Shown: one piece after another, positions 8,137 through 18,641 of the stretch
How positions within the stretch are numbered: the stretch's first letter is position 1
How the letters are laid out: the number at the start of each line of letters is the position of its first letter
From: Candidatus Eiseniibacteriota bacterium
GTDB taxonomy: Bacteria > Eisenbacteria > RBG-16-71-46
NCBI GenBank assembly: GCA_963776245.1
Contig: CAVZLN010000008.1
Location: forward strand, 192,001-256,000
DNA: 64,000 nt
Direction of reading: 5' to 3'
Translations under genes and position numbers: made by a program
Notes under the pieces: generated by a model
The model's database searches: none
What the model was told of the DNA's origin: nothing
What the model saw: only the letters and a program-made list of their open reading frames with translations

Positions 8137-10658
8137 CGACCGCCGTTGACAAGGTTGAGCAGCAGGCGGTAGGCGCCCGGCACGCCGGCCGGGATCTGGC
8201 GGAAGAACCCGTAGCCGTCGTAGATGAACATCCCCTTGCCCACTCGCGCGGCGAGCAGCCCACCGTCGCGCGCCGGCTCGCCCGGGTCGTGGCTCGAGAG
8301 CAGCGCCTCGTAGCGTGCGTCCCACTGGTCGGCGAAGTAGAGCCCGCGCTCCTGCACCCAGCCCTCGAAGTCCGCGGCGCCGATCGCGTGCGGCCGGGTG
8401 AGCAGCACGTGGCCGGGCTTCAGCAGCGTGACCGGGGCCTCCTCGACGGTGACGCGATCGCGCGAGATGCGCATCGGGTAGGGCCACAGCGACTCGCGCA
8501 GCCCATCGTCGAGCGTGTTGTACTGCACCAGCAGCGTGCCCCCTGCGCGCACCCAGTCGAGCAGGCGCGGCTGGAGCGCGCGCAGGCGCTCGCGGGTGTT
8601 GTAGGCACGCACCCCGGTGACGATGGTGACGAAGCGCGCCAGGTCGGCGTCGGCGAGGTCGTCGTCGCCCAGCAGCGTGACGCGATAGCCGCACTGGCGG
8701 AGCGCCTCGGGGACAGCGTCGCCGGAGCCCATGACGTAGCCCACCTCGCCGCGGCCCGCGGCCAGGTCGGCGCGCACCACGCGCGCCTCGGCGGGCGGGA
8801 ACAGGGTCTGCTCGGGGATGTGGGCGTGCGAGATGGTCTCCCGCGCGCGGTCCCACGCGCCGCGCGCGCCCGTGAAGCGCGCGCCGAGCGCGCCGGCGAG
8901 CGGCGCCGCGCCCGGGTGCACGGCGAAGCTCAGTGTCTGCTCCACGCCGCCGCCTTCGAGCGCGACCGGGGCGCTCGCCGGTTCGCACGTGAAGCCCGCG
9001 GGAAGCGCGAGCCGCACCGCGCCCGCGACCGGCCGCGCGCCGGAGCGCGCGGTGACCCGCACGGTGCGCGGCGCGCGGTCGGGAAACACGTACACCGCGC
9101 GGTCGAGCGCCAGCGTGATCGGGGGCTCCACCACCAGCGCGCGATAGCGCTCGCCCTCGACCGGGTCCACCCGGCGCGACAGGAACGGCACGTCGAACGC
9201 GACGGTGTCGGCGCCGAAGCGCATCACGAAGCGGGCGACCGGCGACGCCGGCTCCTCGGGCAGCCCGATGAGGTCGGGATCGTCGACGTGGAAGCGGGCG
9301 CCGTCGGCCGGCGCGCGCATCCAGTAGGGCTGCGAGATCGGCAGGGTCGCGGGGAGCACCACCGTCGCCACGGCGGCCCGCGCGCGATTCGGCTCGAGCG
9401 CACGGTAGAGGCCCGAGCGGCGGGACACGCTGTCGGCGGCCGCGGCGCGCGCGACCCCGCCGAACGGCAGCTCGATCCGCTCGAGCGACGCCGGCGTGTC
9501 GGTGCGCACCAGCGCCATCAGGTCGAGCGCCACGGTGTCCCCGGGCGCCGCGGCGGGCGCCTGGGTGATGGCCTCGAGCCACAGCCCGGCACACCCGCGG
9601 ATGACGTCGAGCAGTTCGCCGCGCTTGGCGCGCACCGTCACGTCGTCCGGCGACAGCGCGTCGAGCGCCGCCTTGGCGCGCATCAACGCCGGGAGCGACG
9701 TCGCGGGCCGGTCGGGATCGAACGCGCGCTCGGCCTCGGCCAGCCACGCCCGCACCGGAGCGCCCCCGCGCACGCGCGACCAGGTCAGGTCGACGCCCTC
9801 GAACAGGTCGGAGTCCGCGGGCGCGCCCGCGCGCAGCTCGAACGAGTTGGGGATCGACCCGCGCCGCTCGGCCGAGCCGAATCCCTGGCTCTTGTGCATG
9901 GTGCGGCTCTCGCCCGCCAGTTCGGTGAACGAACGTCCGAGTTCCGGGCTGTAGGCGCCGAGATCCACGGTCAGTCGTCTCGCCCCCGGCGCGGGAGCGC
10001 CACGGAACACGTTCCACAGGATGCGCTTCGCCTGCCACGGCGCCCCGCACTCGGGGAACCGCGCGGGATCGGCCGCCGCGGCGAACGCCTCCTCGGCCAG
10101 CAGCGCGGAGGCGGTGTGGTGGCCGTGACCGCCCCCGCCGTCGGTCGGGAAGCGCGTGACGAGGATGTCCGGGCGCACCCGGCGGATGACCCGCACCACG
10201 TCGGCGAGGATCGAGTCGCGCCCCCACTTCGCCAGCGTCTCGTCGGGCCCCTTCGAGTACCCGAAGTCCACCGCGCGCGTGAACCACTGCTGAGCGCCGT
10301 CGATGCGGCGCGCGCCGAGCAGCTCGTGGGTGCGGATCAGGCCGAGCTCGGCGCCCAGTTCGGTGCCGATCAGGTTCTGCCCTCCGTCTCCGCGCGTGAG
10401 CGAGAGGTAGCCGGCGCGCACCAGCCGGCCCTGCGCGAGCCAGGCGAGGAACGCCGTGTTCTCGTCGTCGGGGTGCGCCGCGATGTAGAGCGCGCTGCCG
10501 GTGACCTGGAGCCGCCGCAGCGCGAGCCGGAGCTGGGCCGCGTCCATGGGCGCCGGCGGTCGCGGGTCGGCCAGCGCGGAGACGAGCGGGAGCGCGGCGG
10601 CGAGCGCGAGGGCGAGGGCCAGCGAGGCGGCGGGACGACGCACCGGGAACCAGGGCAT
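8133..10658 (-). CDS. Secreted PIG-L/LmbE family deacetylase with Ig-like and GATase-like C-terminal domains
   Basis: AAHPDDEN, TRGDGGQN, DFGYSK and HGHH motifs; signal peptide; GGAGGT RBS. Confidence 0.9.
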   Translation of the reverse strand: MPWFPVRRPAASLALALALAAALPLVSALADPRPPAPMDAAQLRLALRRLQVTGSALYIAAHPDDENTAFLAWLAQGRLVRAGYLSLTRGDGGQNLIGTELGAELGLIRTHELLGARRIDGAQQWFTRAVDFGYSKGPDETLAKWGRDSILADVVRVIRRVRPDILVTRFPTDGGGGHGHHTASALLAEEAFAAAADPARFPECGAPWQAKRILWNVFRGAPAPGARRLTVDLGAYSPELGRSFTELAGESRTMHKSQGFGSAERRGSIPNSFELRAGAPADSDLFEGVDLTWSRVRGGAPVRAWLAEAERAFDPDRPATSLPALMRAKAALDALSPDDVTVRAKRGELLDVIRGCAGLWLEAITQAPAAAPGDTVALDLMALVRTDTPASLERIELPFGGVARAAAADSVSRRSGLYRALEPNRARAAVATVVLPATLPISQPYWMRAPADGARFHVDDPDLIGLPEEPASPVARFVMRFGADTVAFDVPFLSRRVDPVEGERYRALVVEPPITLALDRAVYVFPDRAPRTVRVTARSGARPVAGAVRLALPAGFTCEPASAPVALEGGGVEQTLSFAVHPGAAPLAGALGARFTGARGAWDRARETISHAHIPEQTLFPPAEARVVRADLAAGRGEVGYVMGSGDAVPEALRQCGYRVTLLGDDDLADADLARFVTIVTGVRAYNTRERLRALQPRLLDWVRAGGTLLVQYNTLDDGLRESLWPYPMRISRDRVTVEEAPVTLLKPGHVLLTRPHAIGAADFEGWVQERGLYFADQWDARYEALLSSHDPGEPARDGGLLAARVGKGMFIYDGYGFFRQIPAGVPGAYRLLLNLVNGGR

Positions 10659-10855
10659 GCGAGACGACCTCCGTGGGGAATCGGGCCGCAGGGCGACGGG
10701 AACCGCGGGCGATCGCGCGCGGGGCCGACATGCTAGCACGCGGCGCGGCGCGTGGGCCGGTGCGTTTCCCCGCCCGTGGCGCGCCTGATATCCTGCCTCC
10801 GGTGCACGCCCCACGGCGTCTCTCCGCCATGCCGAACCTGGAGGTCCGACCCATC

Positions 10856-12069
10856 ATGGGCATCAGTCAGCTTGCGAAGTCCATCGCGGAGTCGCCCACG
10901 TTGAAGCTGAACGAGGAGGCCCGCCTGCTCCGCGAGAAGGGCGAGGCGGTGATCCACCTCGGGATCGGCGAGCCCAAGAACAAGGCGCCGATCGCGGCCA
11001 TCCTGTCGTCCGCCGCCAAGCTCTCCGTGGGTGACGTCAAGTATTGCCCGACCGACGGCGTCCCGTCGCTCAAGAAGGCGATCGTCCGCTACACCGAGGA
11101 GGCCTACGACAAGGTCGTGGGCGCCGAGAACGTGATCGTCTCCTCGGGCGCGAAGCAGTCGCTCTACAACCTCCTCTACTGCTTGGTCAATCCGCAGGAC
11201 GAGGTGGTGGTGCTGGCGCCCTACTGGGTGTCGTACCCCGAGATGGTCCGCATGGTGTACGGCGTGCCGGTCATCGTCACGCCCGCGGACGGCTCGTTCG
11301 TGCCGCGCTTCGAGGAGATCGAGCAGGCGGTCACCTCGAACACCCGCGTGATGCTCCTCAACAGCCCCAACAACCCGTCGGGCGCGGTGTTCCCCGATGC
11401 GCTGATCGAGAAGATCGTGGGGCTGTGCGAGCGCAAGAACATCTACCTCATCATGGACGACATCTATCACAAGCTGGTGTTCGACGGCGTGTGTCCGGCC
11501 CCCGGCTGGCGCTTCACGACCCGGGACATCGAGTCGACCCGGGTGATCGTCGTCAACGGCATCTCGAAGCTCTACGGCATGACCGGGTTCCGCATCGGCT
11601 GGACGATCGCGAGCCGGGAACTGGTCCAGACCATGACCAACGTGCAGGCGCAGACCACCTCGTGCGCCTCGCTCGTGATGCAGGCCGGCGCCGAAGGCGC
11701 GCTCACCGGGCTCCAGAGCCAGGTCGAGTCGCTGCGGCTCACGATCCAGAACAACCGCGACGTCATGATGCAGGAACTGACCTCGTTCTCGGGCGTGAAG
11801 TGCGCGAAGCCCCAGGGCACGTTCTATTGCCTGCCCGACATGCGCGCCTACGAGAAGGACTCGGTGAAGCTCTCGGAGTTCCTGCTCAAGAAGGCGCGCG
11901 TGGTGACCGTGCCGGGCAAGGAGTTCGGCATGGAGGGCCACCTGCGCCTGTCGTACGCCGGCACGGTGAAGGACGTCACGGAGGGCATCGCCCGCATGAA
12001 GTGGGCGCTCGACGCCAAGGCGCCGACCGAGATCTACATCGGGGACCGCAAGATGGTGAGGGACTGGAA

Positions 12070-12073
<4 letters not shown>
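10856..12073 (+). CDS. aspC: PLP-dependent class I/II aminotransferase (aspartate aminotransferase-like)
   Basis: NSPNNPSG, DDIY and SKLYGMTGFRIG motifs; GGAGGT RBS. Confidence 0.88.
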
Positions 12074-13731
<1,658 letters not shown>

Positions 13732-13760
13732 CCGTCGAGCGATAGAAGCGGCGCCTGAAC

Positions 13761-13796
13761 GAAGCGCCGGGGCCGAGTGGCCCCGGCGCTTTCGTC
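13761..13796 (+). terminator. Intrinsic terminator-like hairpin after pckA (possibly bidirectional)
   Basis: AGCGCCGGGGCC-GAGT-GGCCCCGGCGCT is a 12-bp perfect stem followed by TTCGTC. Confidence 0.75.
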
Positions 13797-13889
13797 AGCA
13801 CATCAACATCGCGCTCTGGGAATCCCGCGACAGCGGCCGGACGATCGCGGGTCCGCCGCTGCCCCTCGCCGAACTCTTCGATGCCTGCG

Positions 13890-14783
13890 CTACCAGACGA
13901 CCACGAGCTTCTTCGAGGCCACTCCCAGGCGGGATTCGGCGCGCAGGAAATACACGTTGCTCTGCACTACAGATCGCGGGATCACGATCTTCAACAACCC
14001 GACGCCGCTCACGACCTGAGAACCTGTCTTCCGCCCAATTACATCGAACGCCGCGCATGTGACCTCGCCCTGCTGAGGCAGCAGGACGGACAGCTCGACA
14101 TCCCCTCGGCCCACGCGCCTGGCAGCAAGGATCCGAGGCTTCCCGCCGGCCTCGTCGCGCCAGACACCAACGACAGCACCCCTCAGCAGCAGCGGACGAC
14201 CTTCGCGCGGGATGCCAATGCAGTATAGGTAGGATGTGTCCTCGGCAACGGACTCATCACGTACCGAGATCGTGTCGCCGCGCACGGTCGGGATCAGTTC
14301 TCTCGATTCGCTCTCACCGTTGCGACGAAGCACCCGGAGTGCACTGGGGATCGTCCGGGGAGCGATCCAGCGCCAGGACACGGACAGACTTCCGGGTGCG
14401 CTTCGTGTTCCCACGAGCTCCACGTAGTCACGAATCTCGAGCTCCATCGCGGTCGCGCTGAAGGATGTGTCGCATCCGCCACTGAGGAGGACCCTGTTGG
14501 CTCCGCACGCCGCACTGTCAGGCACCCCAAACTCGACTGCGATCGGGAGTGACTCTCCCGCCGGCCAGTCCATTGGATCGAAGTACCCAATTGCAGGCCA
14601 GGCCCTACTCCCGCTGCCACCGAGGCAAAGCGTCAAGTCGCGGCCAGATACATTCCGCAGCTCGTAGGTTGTGCTTACGCGATCCCCGGGATACACGACG
14701 GTGGAAGCAACAGCGCAGGTGGGCCAGCCAACTGCCACCAAGAGACCCAAGCACCTGCATACGACCCAATGTCGTTGGAACAT
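13890..14783 (-). CDS. Hypothetical secreted protein with T9SS-CTD/FlgD-like C-terminus
   Basis: 297 aa ORF with an N-terminal hydrophobic stretch; C-terminus has FDVIGR...VYFLR...KKLVVVW; lower GC than the flanks. Confidence 0.6.
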   Translation of the reverse strand: MFQRHWVVCRCLGLLVAVGWPTCAVASTVVYPGDRVSTTYELRNVSGRDLTLCLGGSGSRAWPAIGYFDPMDWPAGESLPIAVEFGVPDSAACGANRVLLSGGCDTSFSATAMELEIRDYVELVGTRSAPGSLSVSWRWIAPRTIPSALRVLRRNGESESRELIPTVRGDTISVRDESVAEDTSYLYCIGIPREGRPLLLRGAVVGVWRDEAGGKPRILAARRVGRGDVELSVLLPQQGEVTCAAFDVIGRKTGSQVVSGVGLLKIVIPRSVVQSNVYFLRAESRLGVASKKLVVVW

Positions 14784-15182
14784 GTCGATCGCCCGTCACC
14801 CGGTCCTGCGAAGGTGAACGCGCCCTCCCCGGCAAGCAACCAAACATACGCCGCGTATCTATTGCGAGACTACTGCGGGTCAGGCGCGGGCGGCGGCGGA
14901 TGCTCCTCGGAACGGTCTGATCTGCTACCCGTCTGCCCGGTCTGGACCCACGAATTGACTTGACACGTTTCGCGCACCCCAACGTGCGCGACCCGCCACC
15001 CGTGCTGCGATCGCGCGCCTGCGTTCGCAGGATGCGCGGAGACGTCCCCGCGCCTGCGAGCGGCTCTCCTTTTGCGCGATGCCGCGCGCGGCGCGCCCTC
15101 CGGGCACGCACGAGCGTCTCGAACACGCATGCTATACAGAGCGCGTGCCCCCGCGACCGAGTCCCCGTTGCGGAGTCCCGCC

Positions 15183-16574
15183 ATGCCGTCCTACTCGCTG
15201 TCCCATCTGTCCGACCCGGTCCTGCTGCGCGACCTGGCGGCGCTCGTCTCGCAGGATTGCGTCACCACCGCCTCGATACTGGCCCACCTCGCCGAGGTCG
15301 ATGCCCGCCGGCTCTACCGGCCGGCCGCCTACCCGTCCATGTTCGCCTGGTGCGTGGGCGAGCTGGGGCTCTCCGAGGACGCTGCGTTCCGGCGCATCCG
15401 CGCGGCCCGCACGGCCCGGGAGTTCCCGGTCATCTTCCCGATGTTGGCCGCGGGGCGGCTGAACCTGAGCGCGGTCCTGATGCTGACGCCCTACCTCACC
15501 CCGGAGTCAGCCGGCGACCTGCTCGCAGCCGCCGTCGGGAAGACCAAGAACGCACTCGAGCGATTGCTGGCCGAACGCTACCCGCGGCCCGACGTGCCGA
15601 CCCTGGTGCGGGCCCTCACCGCCGACCAACATGCCCCGGGGCATGTGGAAGATCTCAGCAGCGAACTGGCGCTGGCGCCAGTTCACGAGAATGTCAATCA
15701 ACATGCTCCGGGGCATGTTGAAGATCTCAGCAGTCAACTGGCCCCGGGGCCAGTTGATGCACTGGCGCTGGCGCCAGTTGGAGCGCCAGTGCCGCACGCG
15801 AAGCTCTCTCCGCTCTCGCCCGGACGGTTCGCTCTGCAGCTCACGCTCGCACAGGAGACCCACGACAAGCTGCGCCATGCGCAGGCCCTGCTCGGCCATG
15901 CCGTGCCGTCGGGTGACTTGGCGCAGGTGCTGGACCGCGCCCTCGACGCCCTGATCGCCACGCTCGAGCAGCGCCGCTTCGCCCCCAGCGCCCGTTCGCG
16001 CTCAGTTCCCCGCCGCCGCGCGGAGAACAGTCGCTACGTGCCCGCCGCCATCCGTCGCATGGTGTGGCAACGCGATGGAGGCCAGTGCACCTTCGTCGGC
16101 GACATGGGGCACCGCTGTGAGGCCCGCACCCGGCTCGAGTTCGACCACCTCGACCCGTTCGCTCGCGGCGGGCAGGGCACGCCGGATCGCCTGCGCCTGA
16201 GGTGCCGGGCGCACAATCAGCTCGAAGCGGAGCGCACCTACGGCACCGGGTTCATGCGCCAGAAGCAGGAGGAGTCCCGGCGCCGCGCGGCGGCGGCCCG
16301 CGAAGCGAAGCAGGCGAGCGCAGCCGCCGAAGCGCGGGCACGCGAGGCGGCACGGGTGCAGGAGCGCGAACGCGCCGCCCGGCAGGCCAGTGCGGACGAG
16401 GTCATCCCATGGCTCCGCGGGCTCGGCTTCCGGGCTGAGGAAGCGCGCCGCGCGGCGGCGCTCTGCGACACCATGGCGGACGCGCCGATCGAGACACGGG
16501 TGCGCGTCGCGCTCTCGAGCCTGGCTCCCGGCGGAACGCGCCAGGTCTCGAACCTCGCGAGCGCTCCGGCCTGA
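15183..16574 (+). CDS. HNH endonuclease-family protein (DUF222-like N-terminus, RuvA-CTD-like C-terminus)
   Basis: RYVPAAIRRMVWQRDGGQC...C...LEFDHLDPFARGG...LRCRAHN; GGAG RBS; N-terminal HLAEVDARRLY...YPSMFAWC block. Confidence 0.85.
   Translation: MPSYSLSHLSDPVLLRDLAALVSQDCVTTASILAHLAEVDARRLYRPAAYPSMFAWCVGELGLSEDAAFRRIRAARTAREFPVIFPMLAAGRLNLSAVLMLTPYLTPESAGDLLAAAVGKTKNALERLLAERYPRPDVPTLVRALTADQHAPGHVEDLSSELALAPVHENVNQHAPGHVEDLSSQLAPGPVDALALAPVGAPVPHAKLSPLSPGRFALQLTLAQETHDKLRHAQALLGHAVPSGDLAQVLDRALDALIATLEQRRFAPSARSRSVPRRRAENSRYVPAAIRRMVWQRDGGQCTFVGDMGHRCEARTRLEFDHLDPFARGGQGTPDRLRLRCRAHNQLEAERTYGTGFMRQKQEESRRRAAAAREAKQASAAAEARAREAARVQERERAARQASADEVIPWLRGLGFRAEEARRAAALCDTMADAPIETRVRVALSSLAPGGTRQVSNLASAPA
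15627..15778. repeat. In-frame array of five palindromes (18-24 bp), centre spacing 36/36/36/24 bp, inside the HNH gene
   Basis: Palindromes at 15627-15648, 15663-15684, 15698-15721, 15734-15757 (perfect TCAACTGGCCCCGGGGCCAGTTGA) and 15761-15778. Confidence 0.92.
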
Positions 16575-16614
16575 CACGCCCGCGTGGCGCTTCGAGGCTG
16601 AGGAACCCGCTGCC

Positions 16615-17019
16615 CTACCCCCCGCTCTCTCCGCCTCGCAGCACCATCGCTTCCATCAGCCGTTCGATCTCTTCCGCGGGGTCCTCGCACAATCCCGAGT
16701 GCACGGCAGACACCTGCAGGACGGTGCTGCGCGGGGCGACCAGCCAGTGGAAACGCTCGCGCAGGCTCAACTGGCCGATGGGACCGCTTCCCGCGCCCCC
16801 GGCCGCGACCCGAGGCACCGCGAGCAGGTGCTCCTCGATGAGCGGCAGGTCGGCGCTCGCGGACAGCGCCAGCACGCGCTCGCGGTCCAGTTCCACCCGG
16901 GCCGCGAGGTAGTCCCGCTCGAGGCAGAACAGGATCACGCCGGCGTTCACGAACTCCTCGCGCTCGACGCGCGGCACCACGCGAAGGACCGCGTAGTCAA
17001 ACGAGAGCGACGCGGGCAC
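16615..17019 (-). CDS. DUF3037 domain protein
   Basis: FDYAVLRVVPRVEREEFVNAGVIL and RERFHWLVAPRSTVLQVSAVHSGL; GGAGG RBS before the GTG. Confidence 0.9.
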   Translation of the reverse strand: MPASLSFDYAVLRVVPRVEREEFVNAGVILFCLERDYLAARVELDRERVLALSASADLPLIEEHLLAVPRVAAGGAGSGPIGQLSLRERFHWLVAPRSTVLQVSAVHSGLCEDPAEEIERLMEAMVLRGGESGG

Positions 17020-17776
17020 GTTCGGCCTCCTCCATGAATGCGGGCGCGGTCCCGAGCCGCCGCGCGAACCAGCGGGCGTAGCCGGCGCGATACTCCGCCG
17101 GGGTCCCGAAGCGCGGCTCGTCGTCGAGCCAGTCATCCGGGATCATCGCCAGCACGCGCTCGACAGGGTCGCGACCGAGCCTCGGCGAGAGCCGCTCCCC
17201 CGCCGCGGCGATCCGCGTGGCCCAGCGCAGCAGCACGTGGTCCCTGATGGCGGCGAACGGATCGCGGCTGCGCGCCTCTTCGTCGGCCCACGCGTGGTGG
17301 AAGTAGAGCGAGGCGCCGTGATCGATGAGCCACAGATTGCGGTGCCAGGTGAGCAGATTGGGATTGCGCGCGGTGCGGTCCACGTTGGTGGTGAACGCGT
17401 CCATCCACACGACGTCGGAGGCCTCGTCGGCCACCGGCGCGGGTCCCGCGACCGGATCGAACGTGATGCTGCCGGGCAGGTAGTCGAGGCCGAGGTTCAG
17501 CCCCACGCTGCCACGCAGCAATTCGCGGATCTCGGTGTCGGGCTCATTGCGGCCGAGGGCCGCGTCCACCTGGACGAGCACCAGTTCGGGCACGCGCAGC
17601 CCGGCCGCGCGGGCCAGTTCGCCGGTGACGAGCTCGGCGACCAGCGCCTTGGTGCGGTGGCCGGCGGCGCGGAACTTCACCACGTAGAGCCCGCAGTCGT
17701 CGGCCTCCACGATGGCGGGCAGCGAGCCGCCCTCGCGCAACGGTGTGACGTAGCGGGTCGCGGTCACGGTCCTCAT
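16997..17776 (-). CDS. HipA-like kinase family protein
   Basis: TPLREGGSLP, YVVKFR, NVDRTARNPNLL and LWLIDHGASL (kinase catalytic and Mg-binding loops). Confidence 0.88.
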   Translation of the reverse strand: MRTVTATRYVTPLREGGSLPAIVEADDCGLYVVKFRAAGHRTKALVAELVTGELARAAGLRVPELVLVQVDAALGRNEPDTEIRELLRGSVGLNLGLDYLPGSITFDPVAGPAPVADEASDVVWMDAFTTNVDRTARNPNLLTWHRNLWLIDHGASLYFHHAWADEEARSRDPFAAIRDHVLLRWATRIAAAGERLSPRLGRDPVERVLAMIPDDWLDDEPRFGTPAEYRAGYARWFARRLGTAPAFMEEAERARVALV

Positions 17777-17830
17777 GCGCGCGAGACTAACCCAGCGACG
17801 CGAGCCGTCGAAACCGCGACCCGGCGGTCG

Positions 17831-18391
17831 CTACCTCGGCCAGAGCCAGCCGAACGTGCCTCCGGTCAGCAGTCCGTAGAGCAGGCCATCCACCGTGAAC
17901 TTGATCGTCGTGCTCCACTTGCGCTGGTACCAGATGGAGTCCTGCCACAGCGCCACGGCGTAGCCGATGAATGCGGTGGCGCCCGCGAAGCGGAACACCT
18001 GGAGGTAGTGCGCGCCCGGTTCCAGCGCCCGGCCGGCCAGATACGCGGCGAAGATCCCGACCAGGATGCAGTAGACGAACCACTGGATGAGGAACGGAGC
18101 CATGTTGGGCGGGCCGTTCTTCACCACCGTCATCGACAGCACCGGCCCCTTGGTCATCTTCTCGATGAAGGCCGGCTGGCGCATCGCCTCGGGACTCCCG
18201 GCGCGCGGAAGCATGTAGTCTCCCGGCGGGATGTCGAACCTCCGGAGGGCCTCCGCGACCTCGTCCTCCTTCGGCAGTTGGGCCACATTGTTGCGGTGGT
18301 ACGGAAGCATCATATGGATGATCGAACTGACCACGAACACGATGACCGCGGACAACAGGATCGGCAGCCACAGCGCTGGGATGGGGACCAT
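17831..18391 (-). CDS. Conserved hypothetical integral membrane protein (4 TM)
   Basis: LWLPILLSAVIVFVVSSIIHM; strong GC3 bias; CAGGAGGT RBS. Confidence 0.8.
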   Translation of the reverse strand: MVPIPALWLPILLSAVIVFVVSSIIHMMLPYHRNNVAQLPKEDEVAEALRRFDIPPGDYMLPRAGSPEAMRQPAFIEKMTKGPVLSMTVVKNGPPNMAPFLIQWFVYCILVGIFAAYLAGRALEPGAHYLQVFRFAGATAFIGYAVALWQDSIWYQRKWSTTIKFTVDGLLYGLLTGGTFGWLWPR

Positions 18392-18641
18392 CTGCACCTC
18401 CTGATCCACCCGGATGAGCCGGGGACACGAAGGACGTGGACCGGGTAGCGGCTCGCCCGGCCTGACCGCGCGGGCATCCTAGAAGGGCTGGGGGGGAGTC
18501 GCAAGGCACGGCTTGCGCCGCGCCCGAGTCGCACGCGGGATCGCGGGCTGGCTCACTCGAGGATCGGAGCACCCGGGCCTCGTTGGACAGATCGAAGCGG
18601 CCGCCTGAGCGAACTCAGGCGGCCGCCCCCATCGGTTCATC

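Noticed and set aside
13798..13889. Short stretch reading ...RTIAGPPLPLAELFDA as a remnant of a Uma2-like nuclease gene
   Set aside because: It is too short and has no start or catalytic motif.
15627..15778. Palindrome array as a CRISPR array
   Set aside because: The spacers are only 12-14 nt and two are near-identical, the repeats vary, the array is in-frame within a CDS, and no cas genes are present.
14961..16578. TGACACG at 14961 and 16572 as a target-site duplication around the HNH gene
   Set aside because: A 7-bp match is plausible by chance, the second copy includes the stop codon, and no terminal inverted repeats are seen. An empty-site comparison would be needed.
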